DNA of 64,000 bases from Dicyema japonicum (Eukaryota > Animalia > Dicyemida). Below the pieces are notes generated by a model. It was not told the origin of the DNA and did not search any database. It saw only the letters and a program-made list of their open reading frames with translations. The stretch is from assembly GCA_011109175.1 (NCBI GenBank), contig RDEW01000033.1:372001-436000 (forward strand). Direction: 5' to 3'. How positions within the stretch are numbered: position 1 is the first letter of the stretch; every line of letters starts with the position of its first letter. A program made the translations under genes and the position numbers. Positions 33,969 to 46,005 of the stretch are shown here, one piece after another.

Positions 33969-35948
33969 TAATCCCACTTTATTTAACAAACAATAAAAAA
34001 GTTAATATATTTAATAATCATAAACCTTCCTCGCCTGCCTGTTCGCCAGCCTCCTCAGGCAGGTTCGATTCTGGTTGCTGAAACAACTCCGAGAGCGCCT
34101 TGTCCAATTGAACCCTCTGCCCATATGGCATCTCAGGGCTCTGCCTCCTATACTCAAGTATCAGGCTCTCTAGGGTCCGCTTTAACACAGTGGACTGTAG
34201 TTAGGCCTGGAGCTTCCTATCTACCCTCAACTGCTTCAGATAATCCTTGTGGTACTTCGTTGCAATTCCTTCCCACGTCATTACTATAGGAATAACGAGG
34301 ACCTTGCAACCAAGCATCTGCCCCATCTCGTTTGCAAGAAAGTCATACTTCCTTTTTTTCTCCACCTCCACAGTTTGCAAACGGTCTTGAGACGTGATGC
34401 CAACTTCTATGATAAGGACTTGGCCATACTCCTTATCGTGTACCACAATGTCCGGTTTATTGTGCTTGAAAAGCACCGAGGTACGGATAACACTATCTAC
34501 CTTAATTTGGACCCTGGTGTTCTCTACTACAGATTGCACCTTATGAGTCCGCAACTTTCTGGTGTGGCGAATACCATACTTATTGCATAGTAGAAGATGA
34601 AGACTCCTTACTACCTCGTTATCAGTCGATAATCTGCAGCAGACTGGGGTTGTCCAGCTTTGGGATCAAATAAGTTGTCCCTGCGCATGCCCAATCAGGA
34701 ATCGTTTCCTGGTGAGTGATGCTTTTCTGTAATACACGACACATAGACTCGTGCAATGAAGTGCATCTTTTGATAAAGAAATTATAAACTTTATCGACCC
34801 CGGTCGTTTTCCAATCAGGGAGATGTCTCACTACCGCCTCAAGTTTCTCACGGAAATCGAAAATTCCGCAAGATTCTTCGAAGAAAGGAGCGACGCTGTA
34901 CGGGACATTCCACGTATTTCCTCTGTGTGGTTTAGCCTCCCACATACTACCCCATGTGGAAAGCATTTTCGCGTTTTGCTGGGAACATACACTATGGCCA
35001 TTTTCGTGTAGGCGACGGTAAAACAATCTGCGATTAAACTCAAACAGATTATTTTCTCTCCTTCTCTTACACCGACTTTTCATGTGTATAGAGTTTCCTC
35101 TTATACCATTATTGCCCCCTCTAACTCCACCTTTGCCCTCCTCAACTCTTTGAGGTCCCATTTGGGAACACGGAGTTTACTAATTAGCCCCTTTACTATA
35201 GCCGGTGCTATTCCTCTAACCCCTCTCGCCACACTATCTATGTCCCCCTCCAGTGCTTCCAGCTCAGTCTGTCTCCAAGCAATCTCAGCACAGATCTGCT
35301 CCCTCTATTTACTGGGTGGTCTGGGCTTGTCCGTCAATTCCTCATAGGTGATCTGTGCTGCATACAGCACCAGGGAGAAGTCACCCAGTGACCCTACTGG
35401 CTTAGCCTCCACCGCATAAGCCACAGTCTTATTGATACAGGTTAACACTACACCGTTAACCTTACAATGAAGTATCTTGCCGGTAAATCTACGGTCTTCA
35501 AGTAGGACATATGCCGCTGCAGCGAGATTCCGCGCAAAGACGTCATAAACATGCTTGAGCTGCAACGTATCACAGCTCTGGTGCTCGTGCTCTCTTTGAC
35601 TGTTGTGGTCATCTGGTCCCCGCCCCTTTAGACCAGTACCCTCTTTGCCTACAGCCATTTTCTTGAGTTCACTCACAGATATAGCAGTCCTGAATCTGCC
35701 ACTGCAGAGCTCCGCCAAGTATGGCCAACCATTCCAGGGCATTCGGGATAGCCTGCTACGTACCTGCAGGACTACCTGCCTCGCCCATTCTTTTGGGTCA
35801 GCTGCCACAACGCTCTCGGATATGGCAAGAATTACATTCATACCATCAGGTAACGCAAGTGACCCTTCTCCTTTTTTCCTTTCAACATTTTTGCCAACTC
35901 GAGAGAGTTTTAACGCCATCGAATCGAAAGCACGTTGCATGTTTTTTA
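33969..35948 (-). mobile_element. R4/Dong-like non-LTR element with the RT core deleted
   Basis: N-terminal ORF, then LPDWKTTGVDKVYNFFIK...TYLIPK..DYR fused at about 34625 to DNEVVR..HNKPDIVVHD..IEVGITSQD..EKKRKYD. Perfect 13-bp TSD AACTAATTTGTAT at 33956-33968 and 35949-35961. Confidence 0.9.
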
Positions 35949-36301
35949 AACTAATTTGTATAATTTAATTCATTAATACAAAATGAATCTTCCCTGAAAA
36001 ATGGCATTTTACGGCAAAAAATAGCGTAATTATTATAAACTAATTTTTAGCGAATCATCCAGTCAATATTTTTGATGAAACAAATTCTAATGAGTTCTTA
36101 ATGATTTTACAATATTGTTTTCCACTGTGATGGTTTTTTGACGACGAGTCACTGATGTAATGTCTACTAATTGTCTTAACATTTAGGGTCACTGAAATAT
36201 AAAGTTATTGACTAATGTGAATTATCCATTTATTGTATTGAATTTATCACTATGGTAATATTACTGTTCAATAAATATATTACTGATCGTGAAATATTAT
36301 A

Positions 36302-38638
36302 ATGTCCTACTGTTACTCTGACTATGAAAACTTAAAGGCAGAAAATTCTGCTTTACAAAGGAGAATTGAGTGCTTAAATTCAAAAGTATTGATTAATATA
36401 TAATCTTAGATCTGTGAGCTAGAAAGCAAATATAACACAGCAACAAATGAACTTTTATCATATCAGGAACAAAATGACAAATACCACGAAAACGACGCAC
36501 GCTTGAGTACTCTTGTCGATCTGAGTCGTCAACAATTGATGGAGAAGACAGTCTCAATGGACAGTATGAGACATGAAATCAACAAATTATTATCCGAAAG
36601 AGATGAATGTAAAGAACAAGCAAAAATTGCCTATCAATCTATAACCGCTTATACTTCTGAAATAAAGTAAGATAATTTACTTATAAATAAAATATAAATT
36701 TAAAATTATTTTTAGTGATTTAAGAGCGGGAAAAGATGATATAGAAAGACGTTTTTATCATGCAGACAATTCAGTGAGATCCTTTTTTAATAAAATGGGA
36801 GACATATTAGGAGAAAATGATATAACATTTGATAAAATATATGAAATTGTATTTAAATTATATATTTTAAGTTTAAATTAAATATTACTAAAGAGAATAA
36901 TTTGAAAGCAAGACTGGATTCTTATGGGGAATCAATAGAAACCGCAGAATTGGAGAGTCGAGCTGCCCGAGAAACAATTCAACGTTTGGCCTCGGAGGTG
37001 ACGACCGAACAACAACTTAATATGAAAAATAAAAATATTTTAAATGAAAAAAATTCGGTAGAATGGGGTTAATGGATATTAATAGGAGATCAATAGATTA
37101 CAGGCTGAGTGCTCAGCGCTTGCAGGAGAAAATAGAGATCTCTGTGGACGTTTGGATTGTGAAAAAAATGATAAATACAATTTGTCTCGTATTTTGACAG
37201 AGAAAACAAATCAGTTGGAGACTATGAGTGCAGATTTTTGTCAGATCAAACAATCCCTCGATATGACGACTCAAGAATTTGACGTCTTTCAATCTCAAGT
37301 GGGGGAAATGGTTTATAATATGGTCCCTGATAAATTCAATAAGGTGCCCTTCGAAACAGGAAATATTTTGGAAACTTTGAAAAGTCGACTAAATGTTGGA
37401 TTAAAAGTAATATCAAGGAAATTGATTCCCTTGAATATAAAATTCGAAAAATAAGTAAAGACTTAGAGGATAGAGATTCCCAAACAAGGGAATATTTTCA
37501 GCAACGTGAGCAGTACAAGAAAATGGAGGCTCAAATGGCTGTGGACATTCGGCAACTAAGAGATTTATTGGCATCAAATGAAATAATAACTGAAGGTTTG
37601 AGAGAATCAAAACAAAATGTTTACTTCAAATATATTTCAGCATATGAGGTTTCTTGAAGATCTTGTTCATAACTTAAAACTTCCAAGCTATATCGAAGGG
37701 GTATCAACAGAATCAATTGCTTTGACACGTGCTCAACAACTTGTTTCAATGGAAACAGAGGCTATGGCCTCTAAGAATTCCCAAGTACATCTTCTTCAAC
37801 GAAAGGTTTATGTTGGACAACAAAATAGACAAAAGCAATGAAGGAACAAATTGACAACAAGGATCTGCACAACACAATGCTTAGAAAGAAAATAATACAA
37901 CTTGAGGAGGAAGCTAAGTCAAAGTCACAATTACAACACCTAAGGGACGACCAACTGCTAAGAGTTTTATATATATTCACTATAGTCTCAAAAATTACAT
38001 AAAATCAACGATAAGTTAAACGAAGAGCTTATTTCAGCCAAGAAGGAAATTCAACAACTTAAAGCTGAACAGTGTGATTTTTCAAAACGAGAAGTAATAA
38101 TTTATTATTATTAGAAATTTATTATTAAAGAAGACACAAATAAAATTAATTATCTAGAAACCACAATTAATTCCCTACAAGAGACTATAGATAAACAGAC
38201 CTTCAAGATAAGCAAACTGAAGGAACAAAAATTAAAGAGAGAGGCCATAATAAATGAAACCAATCCAAGAGTTGAGACAATGGAGAGTCATATTGATGGA
38301 TTGACTCGGTCTCTTGAGGAATGTCGTGAACGTGAAAAACAAGTAAATTGTATTAAAATATTAAGTTACTTGACCTCAGAGAAGCAGTCGCACGCTTATT
38401 ATCTTTGGAAATTACAACTCTGGCAGTCCCTGATTACGAAATTATATCAAGATTGGAGTCTCTAATCAATTCTAGTAAAGTAATAGCCACAAACTACATG
38501 TTTGATGAGGAACCAGAACAACTAAGTGACATGTACAAGCCACAACTCCTATCAGTAACTCAAAAACCAAGAAAACAAATTAAAACAACAAAAATAAACA
38601 AAAAATTAAATATCAAAGTTGACCCAACTAAGTACTAA
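36302..38638 (+). CDS. CCDC170: Coiled-coil protein, CCDC170-like, micro-introns
   Basis: Heptad-rich exons; RAQQLVSMETEA..HLLQRK, DLHNTMLRKKIIQLEEE and C-terminal LDLREAVARLLSLEITTLAVPDYEIISRLE resemble CCDC170. Confidence 0.75.
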
Positions 38639-40529
38639 TTATTTCCTTCTTCTTTTTGGTTTCCCTTTCGTTGGTTTAGGTTGTTTCTTTGGTGGAATAG
38701 GATTGGCAGCTTTATTAGCAGCAATTTTGTTAATATCCCTAATAATAAGACAAATAGCAACAATCTATCAGTATTGTCAACAATTCCCTGAGGACCTTTA
38801 ACTACTATACAAGTTCATTTAATAACCTCTCTCTTTTTTCTTTCCTTTTGTAGTCCTCAATGCCTTTGGAACCCATCTCTCAGGATCGACGTTCTTTGTT
38901 TGCATAACACGTTCTGAAATAATCATTACTGATTCACTTTTAGGTCTCTTCTCTCTCTTTATAGTGATATCCACATTTCCTTCACATATTGCAGCATTAT
39001 TCATAATTCTACAATAACAACAAAACATACTCATCAAATTTACACAAATATCCAGAAATCCTTGAAATAAGCTCACAATACTTATTTGGATGTTTCCTCC
39101 ATATAACAGCAGAATATACCCTAATTTGGTAGACAGAGCAGCCAAAAATGAAAGGAGAGGTGGAGAATTCGAATTCCTAGAAAGAAGCTCACACAGTTCA
39201 TCCACCACCTTTTCCACCTGCCCGTTAATAAAAAGCATATTTAGTCGTAGCATAACCAAGTCAATAGACTTTAATAAACAAAGTAAATAACCTCATCACA
39301 TTCCATAAATTTCTAATAGTAAGCAAACAACAAACCCTCAAGAGTTCTTCCATTTTATAATATTCGCCACGTTTAAAATAATATACAACAAGTTTAACTC
39401 TCAAACCACGTGCATCATCAATATTTTTAATATTCTCGATAATATTATCAGAAATTTCTCCCAAATATGTATTTTCGTAAAAGAGGGCCTTCTCTAGAAT
39501 TTTTACATGTATCTCCTTTAGTTTAGACTTGCCAGCCAAGACAGACTCCACGGCTTTCCTCCAAATATCCTCAATAAATAGCTCCTCCTCCGAATCCTTC
39601 ATTTGATATAAATTTAAAGCAGCCAATAAATGATCCTCGCTGTTGTCGAATCTTAACTAACCCCACTAATAACCCCTTTGAGAATATTTCCTTATACACG
39701 TCCATAGATTCTGAGTATTTATCATTTAACTGTAGTAACAGTGCGTATTGAATTCTAGATAAACTATAGATAATACCTCAGTTTTATATGATCACTTTTG
39801 GTACAACTTCCCTCAGCCAACTGTCTGTGAAATAATCCTAATAGTTAAATTAATAAAATATAACAAACAAACAACCACATACCCAAAGACTGTTCCAACA
39901 CATTCATAGCAGTGGAATATTCAGCATTCCTGTAGTGAAGAAGGGATTGGTTGAACAAGAATTCATAGGACTCCTCGTTTTGTGGTGGACACTAAAGTAA
40001 TAATTATTTTAAACTGAATATTCCTGATTCCAGTAATTTACGGCCAAATAATTAATTTGTCTTTCAATAGTAAATTCATCCTTTAGGACAATTAACTGTT
40101 TCATGATATCCCCTGATTCCCTATATCTCCCAAGTTTATATAACTAGAATATTTAGACAACAAAACAATTTGTGATTTCAGTTCCTTCACTGATGAATCA
40201 AATTCTGACACATTTTGTAAACAAAGTAAGGCAGATTCGTCGTTTCCTTGTTTGTGAAGAATATAAGACTTGATGTAATTTATTTTACTCCAATGAAATT
40301 AACAAATACTCGCTTGAATGAGACTCCAAGGATTCGAAAGCTTCTTTGTGTCTATTGGTGAAGATCAGAGCCATGGACTTGACAATTATTACATTCTCGT
40401 TTTCTGCTTTATCACTTTTTATTACTATTTTAAAGTTGTTTTATTACTTTTGTTGCACGTTTTTATTATTTCCTTGTGATTTCTATTTTTACAGTGATTT
40501 TCGAGAACAGTGAATAAGTCTTCAGACAT
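38639..40529 (-). CDS. SRP72: Signal recognition particle subunit SRP72, micro-introns
   Basis: TPR-like N-terminus (MSEDLFTVLENHCK...), NNAAIC, RNA-binding VDPERWVPK..KGKKKER, GPQG, basic C-terminus PKKQPKPTKGKPKRRK*. Confidence 0.8.
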
Positions 40530-40639
40530 CACAAGAATAGGAATGCCTCAGCAATTTTATAATCAAAAATAAATAATTATTTTATTATTTAAATATATAA
40601 ATTAATTAAATCCAATACACAGAAATCATCTAAGAAATA

Positions 40640-41043
40640 AAACTCGAATGTCCTGGCTATCCACGATCTCGCGGAAAGGACTGTACAATATGTGTGACTG
40701 TACACCAATGAGTCTCGAGATCATAAGCTCTCGTTGGAGACTCTTTGAACACGTCCTAAGGTTGGACCTGACATCCCCCCTCCCGAATATTGTCATGGAA
40801 GATTACTACTCCTCCCATGTAAAACGTTTTTGTGGAAGACCAAGAACTACCCTCCCGGTCGTTTTAATAGGCGATCTGAAAGGCACAAAGAAAACACTAG
40901 CATCTGCTGATGACCTGGACACCTTGAGGGATCTGTCTAAGAACAGAAAAGCCTGGAATTAGCTAACTCTTTCTCTTGTCTTGTTTGTTGCACATGCGGG
41001 GCTATAAATATTATGGTTCTCGTGAAAGTACTAACAATAATAA
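40640..41043 (+). mobile_element. RTE-like LINE 3' fragment (type A tail)
   Basis: SSRWRLFEHVLRL, GRPRTTLPVVL, DDLDTLRDL..W; tail ATGCGGGGCTATAAATATTATGGTTCTCGTGAAAG(TAA)n. Confidence 0.8.
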
Positions 41044-41049
41044 GCACAT

Positions 41050-42940
41050 AAGAACTTGCTCGTGGACTCACGCTCATATGGAGAAGCTGTAACAAATAGT
41101 GATCATAGGATAACGGTGACTCGGATATGCATGCGGAAACTATTTGGTAAGATTGCTCAGAACGATCTAGCTAACATTAAACATCGAAGACTTGCTACAG
41201 AGAAACTGATAAACAACACCATGAAACGAGAAAATTTCAAGACAACATCGAGCAACACACATCACAACTAAATATGGAAGAAAAGCCAGACATTCTCCTG
41301 GAAAAGTTGATCGAGGCTGTTAAACAGGCTGAGACAGATACTATCGGCTACAGAAGCATCCGCTCGAACAACAACTATGCATATTATGATTCAAGACTAA
41401 GAAAAATGTCAGAGCGCCAAAGAAACATCTGAGAATTGAAAATTGCTGTTTGAACACCAAAAGAGAACTAAGGAATCAACGAAACAGAATCCTTCATGAA
41501 ATAAGAGTCCGGGCACGTCTATTATGAACGAAATACTTAGACGAGAAGGATACCGAAATTGAAAAGCTCTCTCCTGAAAATCAAATGTTCATGACTGTAC
41601 GGTTCCTTAATCGGGGTTTCCGAAATTCCAAAATATGGATATGGGATGAATCGGAACACTTAATATCGGATGTGGGACAAAGCCTCACGAATTGCTGACC
41701 ACTTTCAGAAACAATTCCAAACAGATGATCCCTATGCACCCACATTTATTGGGCATCCGCGGAGCTTGTCAAACGAAATAACACTTTGGAACCATCGCTG
41801 GATCACTGCAATATGTCAGAGTACAAACGATCCATTCATATCCTGGAAATCGACATGAGCAAGGCTTTTGACAGGATCAACAGGAGTAAACTACTTACCG
41901 TGTTGAAAGACGTTGTCGACAACGACAGTATGCGCATGACACATGCTATTATCTGAGTTGGCACTAAGGAGTCTAGACCTTTTTCTACCAATGTTGGAAC
42001 CCCACAAGGGGACACTCTATCTCCCGTATTATTTATCATCTACCTGGAGGCTGCACTGAGAGATCTAAGAAAACAAATTGGATCTCTAGACAGCCACTTC
42101 ATGGAACTCATTTACGCGGATGACGTCGATTTCGTCACTGAAGATCGGGAATTTATAGAAGTTATTATGGAGAAAGCGAAAACAATTTTTAGTAAATGGT
42201 CCCTTAAAGTCAATGAAGACAAAACTGAAATAACCACCATTGAAAAAACGCCAACCCGCGTTGAGGAAAAGTGGAGGAACATCCAAAAATTCGGATCGTT
42301 ACTTGGCGATTCAGAAGATATCACACGACGAAAGATATTGGCCACAGTAGCACTTAAACATTACAATCCATTCTGATGAGAAAAAATCAAATTCCTACTA
42401 AGATGCGATTACGCTTATATAATGGATTTGTCCACAAGTCCTCATGTTCAACGCAGGTACTTGGGGAACATCAAAGAAAGATATGGAACAACTTGACTCT
42501 TTTCACAGAGGCTAACTAAGAGAACTCCTTGGATTCTCTTAACCAAAAAAAATCTCAAACAATAAATTATACAAACTGACTGATTGTGGATCAATAAGTC
42601 TGAACGTACTTATTTTTATTATTGAACCAACAAAAAAAACTTGAAGCACGCTGGCGCCTTTTAGGACATATTCTACGGATGGTGAACAGACACCATGCAA
42701 TGCCGCCATGGAAAAATTATCTCCTGCAGTCAGAGGACGTCCAAGAAGTTGTCTTCCAAGGACACTCGTGGAAGATTACGCAATGATCGGGGGCCGACTG
42801 ATAGATGCGGGCGATCTGGACGAAATCAGGAAACGAGCACGACAACGAAAAGGATGAAAAAGACTAGCGGAAAGATAATCGAAAAACATAGCACAAGCGA
42901 AACCATAAACAGTGTTTACTGGTAACGCGAATGTGCTTTA
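41050..42940 (+). mobile_element. RTE-like LINE (APE end, RT, type B tail), decayed
   Basis: SDHRITV, DMSKAFDRINR, VGTPQGDTLSPVLF, IYADDVDF, DITRRKIL; tail GCACAAGCGAAACCATAAACAGTGTTTACTGGTAACGCGAATGTGCTTTA. Confidence 0.85.
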
Positions 42941-42943
42941 GCC

Positions 42944-43240
42944 AAGACGCGTGGTGCTACATGAATCGTGGTTCCATGTGGCTACTTGATTGAAGATTTC
43001 TGTTTGTTACTTCTGTTCCTCATCTCCCCTCTTTTACTAGAGTGACGTCATCTCATGTAGCACTCAGTGCCAGGGTAGTGTGAAAAAGGATCATTTGCTC
43101 TCCCCCACTCTACTGAAGGAGTTTCCACAACTGCAAGGAATGGACGTCTCCTACCTTTTATGCTGGTTCTGGGTGACCTGTGATTGCTTCTGTGAACGTG
43201 GGAATGGGATACACTTAATTAGTTGTTAAATATATAAATT
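42944..43240 (+). mobile_element. SINE-like repeat, family 1
   Basis: GACGCGTGGTGCTACATG head, pyrimidine tract, AAAAGGATCATTTGCTCTCCCCCACT core, GGATACACTTAATTAGTTG tail. Confidence 0.7.
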
Positions 43241-43490
43241 AACTTGTGGAGTCTAATAACTGGGAATGGTAATTTGGTACTTGCCTTGTAGTCAACCTAC
43301 CCCAATATTCATAGACCCATTTCGCCTGTCTACAAAAGAAAATAGATTGTACAAAAGTTCCCTTTTCCGATAGATTTCTCTGCAGGAATGAGAGAAGGCT
43401 CTTTCGTACTGTAGTGGAAACAATGAAAGACCACAGACGTAGGATAGCTCAGTTGATTGCGGGGACTGAGATCACCTATTTTACGTTTTA

Positions 43491-43989
43491 TAGGGTTTCC
43501 CGACCATTAGCGTCACATTCACATGACAATAGCGTCACTAAAATTTTTAAGGGTAAAAACAATCTTTATTTTTAATTTTCTCATTTTCAACATCTCCTCT
43601 AAAAACATAATTTTTCCACTTGGTGAATAAATTCTCAATTGGATTGAGAAATGGCGAGTAAGGGGTAATGCAACATGGAGGTTGTCCGTAAATTCTGAAT
43701 ACAGGCATTATCACAGATATCTGGTCTTCAATTCCCTATTCACAACAAAGATTTTGTAAGGATTAGTAATGGACGCAATTTCTGGTTATGATGGCCCCTA
43801 CAAAAATATTAGTAGAAGTTTTTGAAGTGGCTCTTTCTCGTTTTGGTCTTTAGGATACTGAAAATCCGACCTCATAATGGGTTTTAAGATGTTTTTTTAT
43901 CCAAAAATATATTTACCCTTATCCTATCTTAATTATTAGAAAGTTACGCTATTGATCGGAAAAGTTACGTTGACGGTCGGGAAACCCTA
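43491..43989 (-). mobile_element. Tc1/IS630-like deletion derivative with TIRs and TA TSD
   Basis: 19-bp perfect inverted repeat TTTATAGGGTTTCCCGACC (43487-43505 / 43975-43993) extending imperfectly to about 50 bp; internal DNAC and PYSPFLNPIENLFTKWKNYV (DDE_3). Confidence 0.85.
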
Positions 43990-44004
43990 TAAACAGCGAT
44001 TACC

Positions 44005-44260
44005 TGCGAAGACATAATAAAGCGGTTAAATGTATACAGCACCCGTGTCGTCAATATGGAATTAAGAAGAATAAGAGACTCAAGACACACTCCGTGCAGC
44101 CTATTGTTGCAAATGGGTCTGTAAAGGTTCGAATGGATACAACAATAGCTACGGACACGAAGGTACAAAATAAAAAGCCGGACATATTAGTGTTCGACAA
44201 GATGAAAATACAATAATCTAAAAAAGTGAGAATCACATCCCAATAATCGCTAAAGCATGT
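44005..44260 (+). mobile_element. R4/Dong-like endonuclease fragment
   Basis: YLRRHNKAVKCI..CRQYGIKKNKRLKTHSVQ..VRMDTTI..KPDILVFDK. Confidence 0.75.
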
Positions 44261-45634
44261 ATAGCAGGCACACGTCTGACTAAGACCGACAATAAGAATG
44301 CTGATTCCAGAGTGGACAGTATTTGAGGAATGTTAGGTGTAGCAGTAACCACTGTGGCAATTAATTTAATACTTTGGCATTTATAAATTGTTTTAGGGTT
44401 TACCGACTTTAATTTTACTTAATTCTGTTCAACCAAGATTAGATTCAGCCTTCCTTTGCAATCTGGAAATTTCACCTTTTCTAACTTGGTGACCTACCAA
44501 CGCCAACACTATCCTGTCCTGAAGCTTTATGGGATATTTATCGAGGACCTTCTTAGACTCCAATCTAAATCGGGGACTTGTGCAGGGGAAGATATTAAAA
44601 ATGAAAATTCAGACTCTGACAAATTATTTATTCAACGTCGGCACCCATTATTAAAACGGATCATTTATTCTCTCCCATTTCACCTGTTCATTCTTGAAAC
44701 TGCTAGAACTGACGTTTTCTTCCCCTTCCTCTAATTCTGGATGAAGTCGAAAGGACTGACCATAAATTAGTTATATATACGTAAAATAACGATGTGAGTG
44801 GATAACACCGACTAAAGTGGGAAAACTTCTGATGAGACATGAACCTTCTAATGGTTGTGCCTTTCTTCACATAAATAGCTGAGATTCTTGATTTTAAATA
44901 AAACAAGTTAAAAAAATAACTAAGAGCAATCCTATATGTTTAGTATAAAATCAATGAATCCAAAATAAACGGGTCCAGTTAGCAAATTGGTTTATGGTGA
45001 GTACTTATACTGCTCAAAGTGTCTACTTGGTTTCACAGATTCCTTCTTTTTTATGAAGAAAGAAACCTGGGCCTAAAGTTTTCTTCCCAGTCGATTTCTT
45101 GTGCAAGCTTGAGGGAAAGTGCTTTCTGGAAGCAGGGGGTACAATGGAAGGCCACTAACATAAGATGACGATGCTAATTGGGGAATTGGGTTCACTAACT
45201 GTTTGACTGTATTCTGTCTTTCTCTGTAACTCGGGGTTATACAATCTCGTGGTGTAGCAATAAAGTCTCATATTTTTGAATAAAATCGGCCTTTTTGTAT
45301 TTTCTAGTGTAAATTAATAAGCGAATAATTAAATAAAGATTTAAAAAAATATCATTTGACGGAAGCATATAATTTTTCTCCAAACATTTTGAGACAATTC
45401 CCTCCCACATCATGACCATCTTGATAACTTATCAATAGTTCTCTCGAAGGAGGACATGTCAGTCTCAAAATACCTCGAACAGATATAAAATTAAGTTAAA
45501 TCCCCAAAATATCAAAGCATAAACATCGAATTGACTAGAGATACAAGATAAGCCAGTTCAATTCTTACATAGGAACGACACGTGGGTATCCATCTCAATT
45601 TCGCCTAACCCATCCATTAAAAGGTAAGAAAAAG

Positions 45635-45938
45635 TAAGCACTACCGCGTTGCCATAAACACGTAAAATTCCTAGGGTTTCGCTCGTGCAGGACACACACT
45701 TTATTTAAGTGAAGAACAGTTATTATAACTAATCGTAGAGGGAGAACCAAGGAATGCTCTTCACTTCTTTGTTTTTTCTTGGTGTATGTCAGTTCCGCAG
45801 TGAACCTCCACTGATGACAGCGTCACTCGTCAAGCCTTTTAGCATCGTAGATGCGTGGAATCTTCCACCAAGTGAACAGCAGCGAGAATCGAACCCGTGA
45901 CCTAAGCCACTTTGCCCGACACCTAACCACTATGCCAA
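45635..45938 (-). mobile_element. tRNA-derived SINE, family 2, type B tail
   Basis: A box TGGCATAGTGG, B box GGTTCGATTC; body nearly collinear with 52319-52590; tail GCACGAGCGAAACC...GTGTTTATGGCAACGCGGTAGTGCTTA. Confidence 0.85.
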
Positions 45939-46005
45939 CTCATCCATTAATAACCAATTTAACCACTTTTTACTGATAAAAACAAAATTAGACAAATAAC
46001 AAAAT

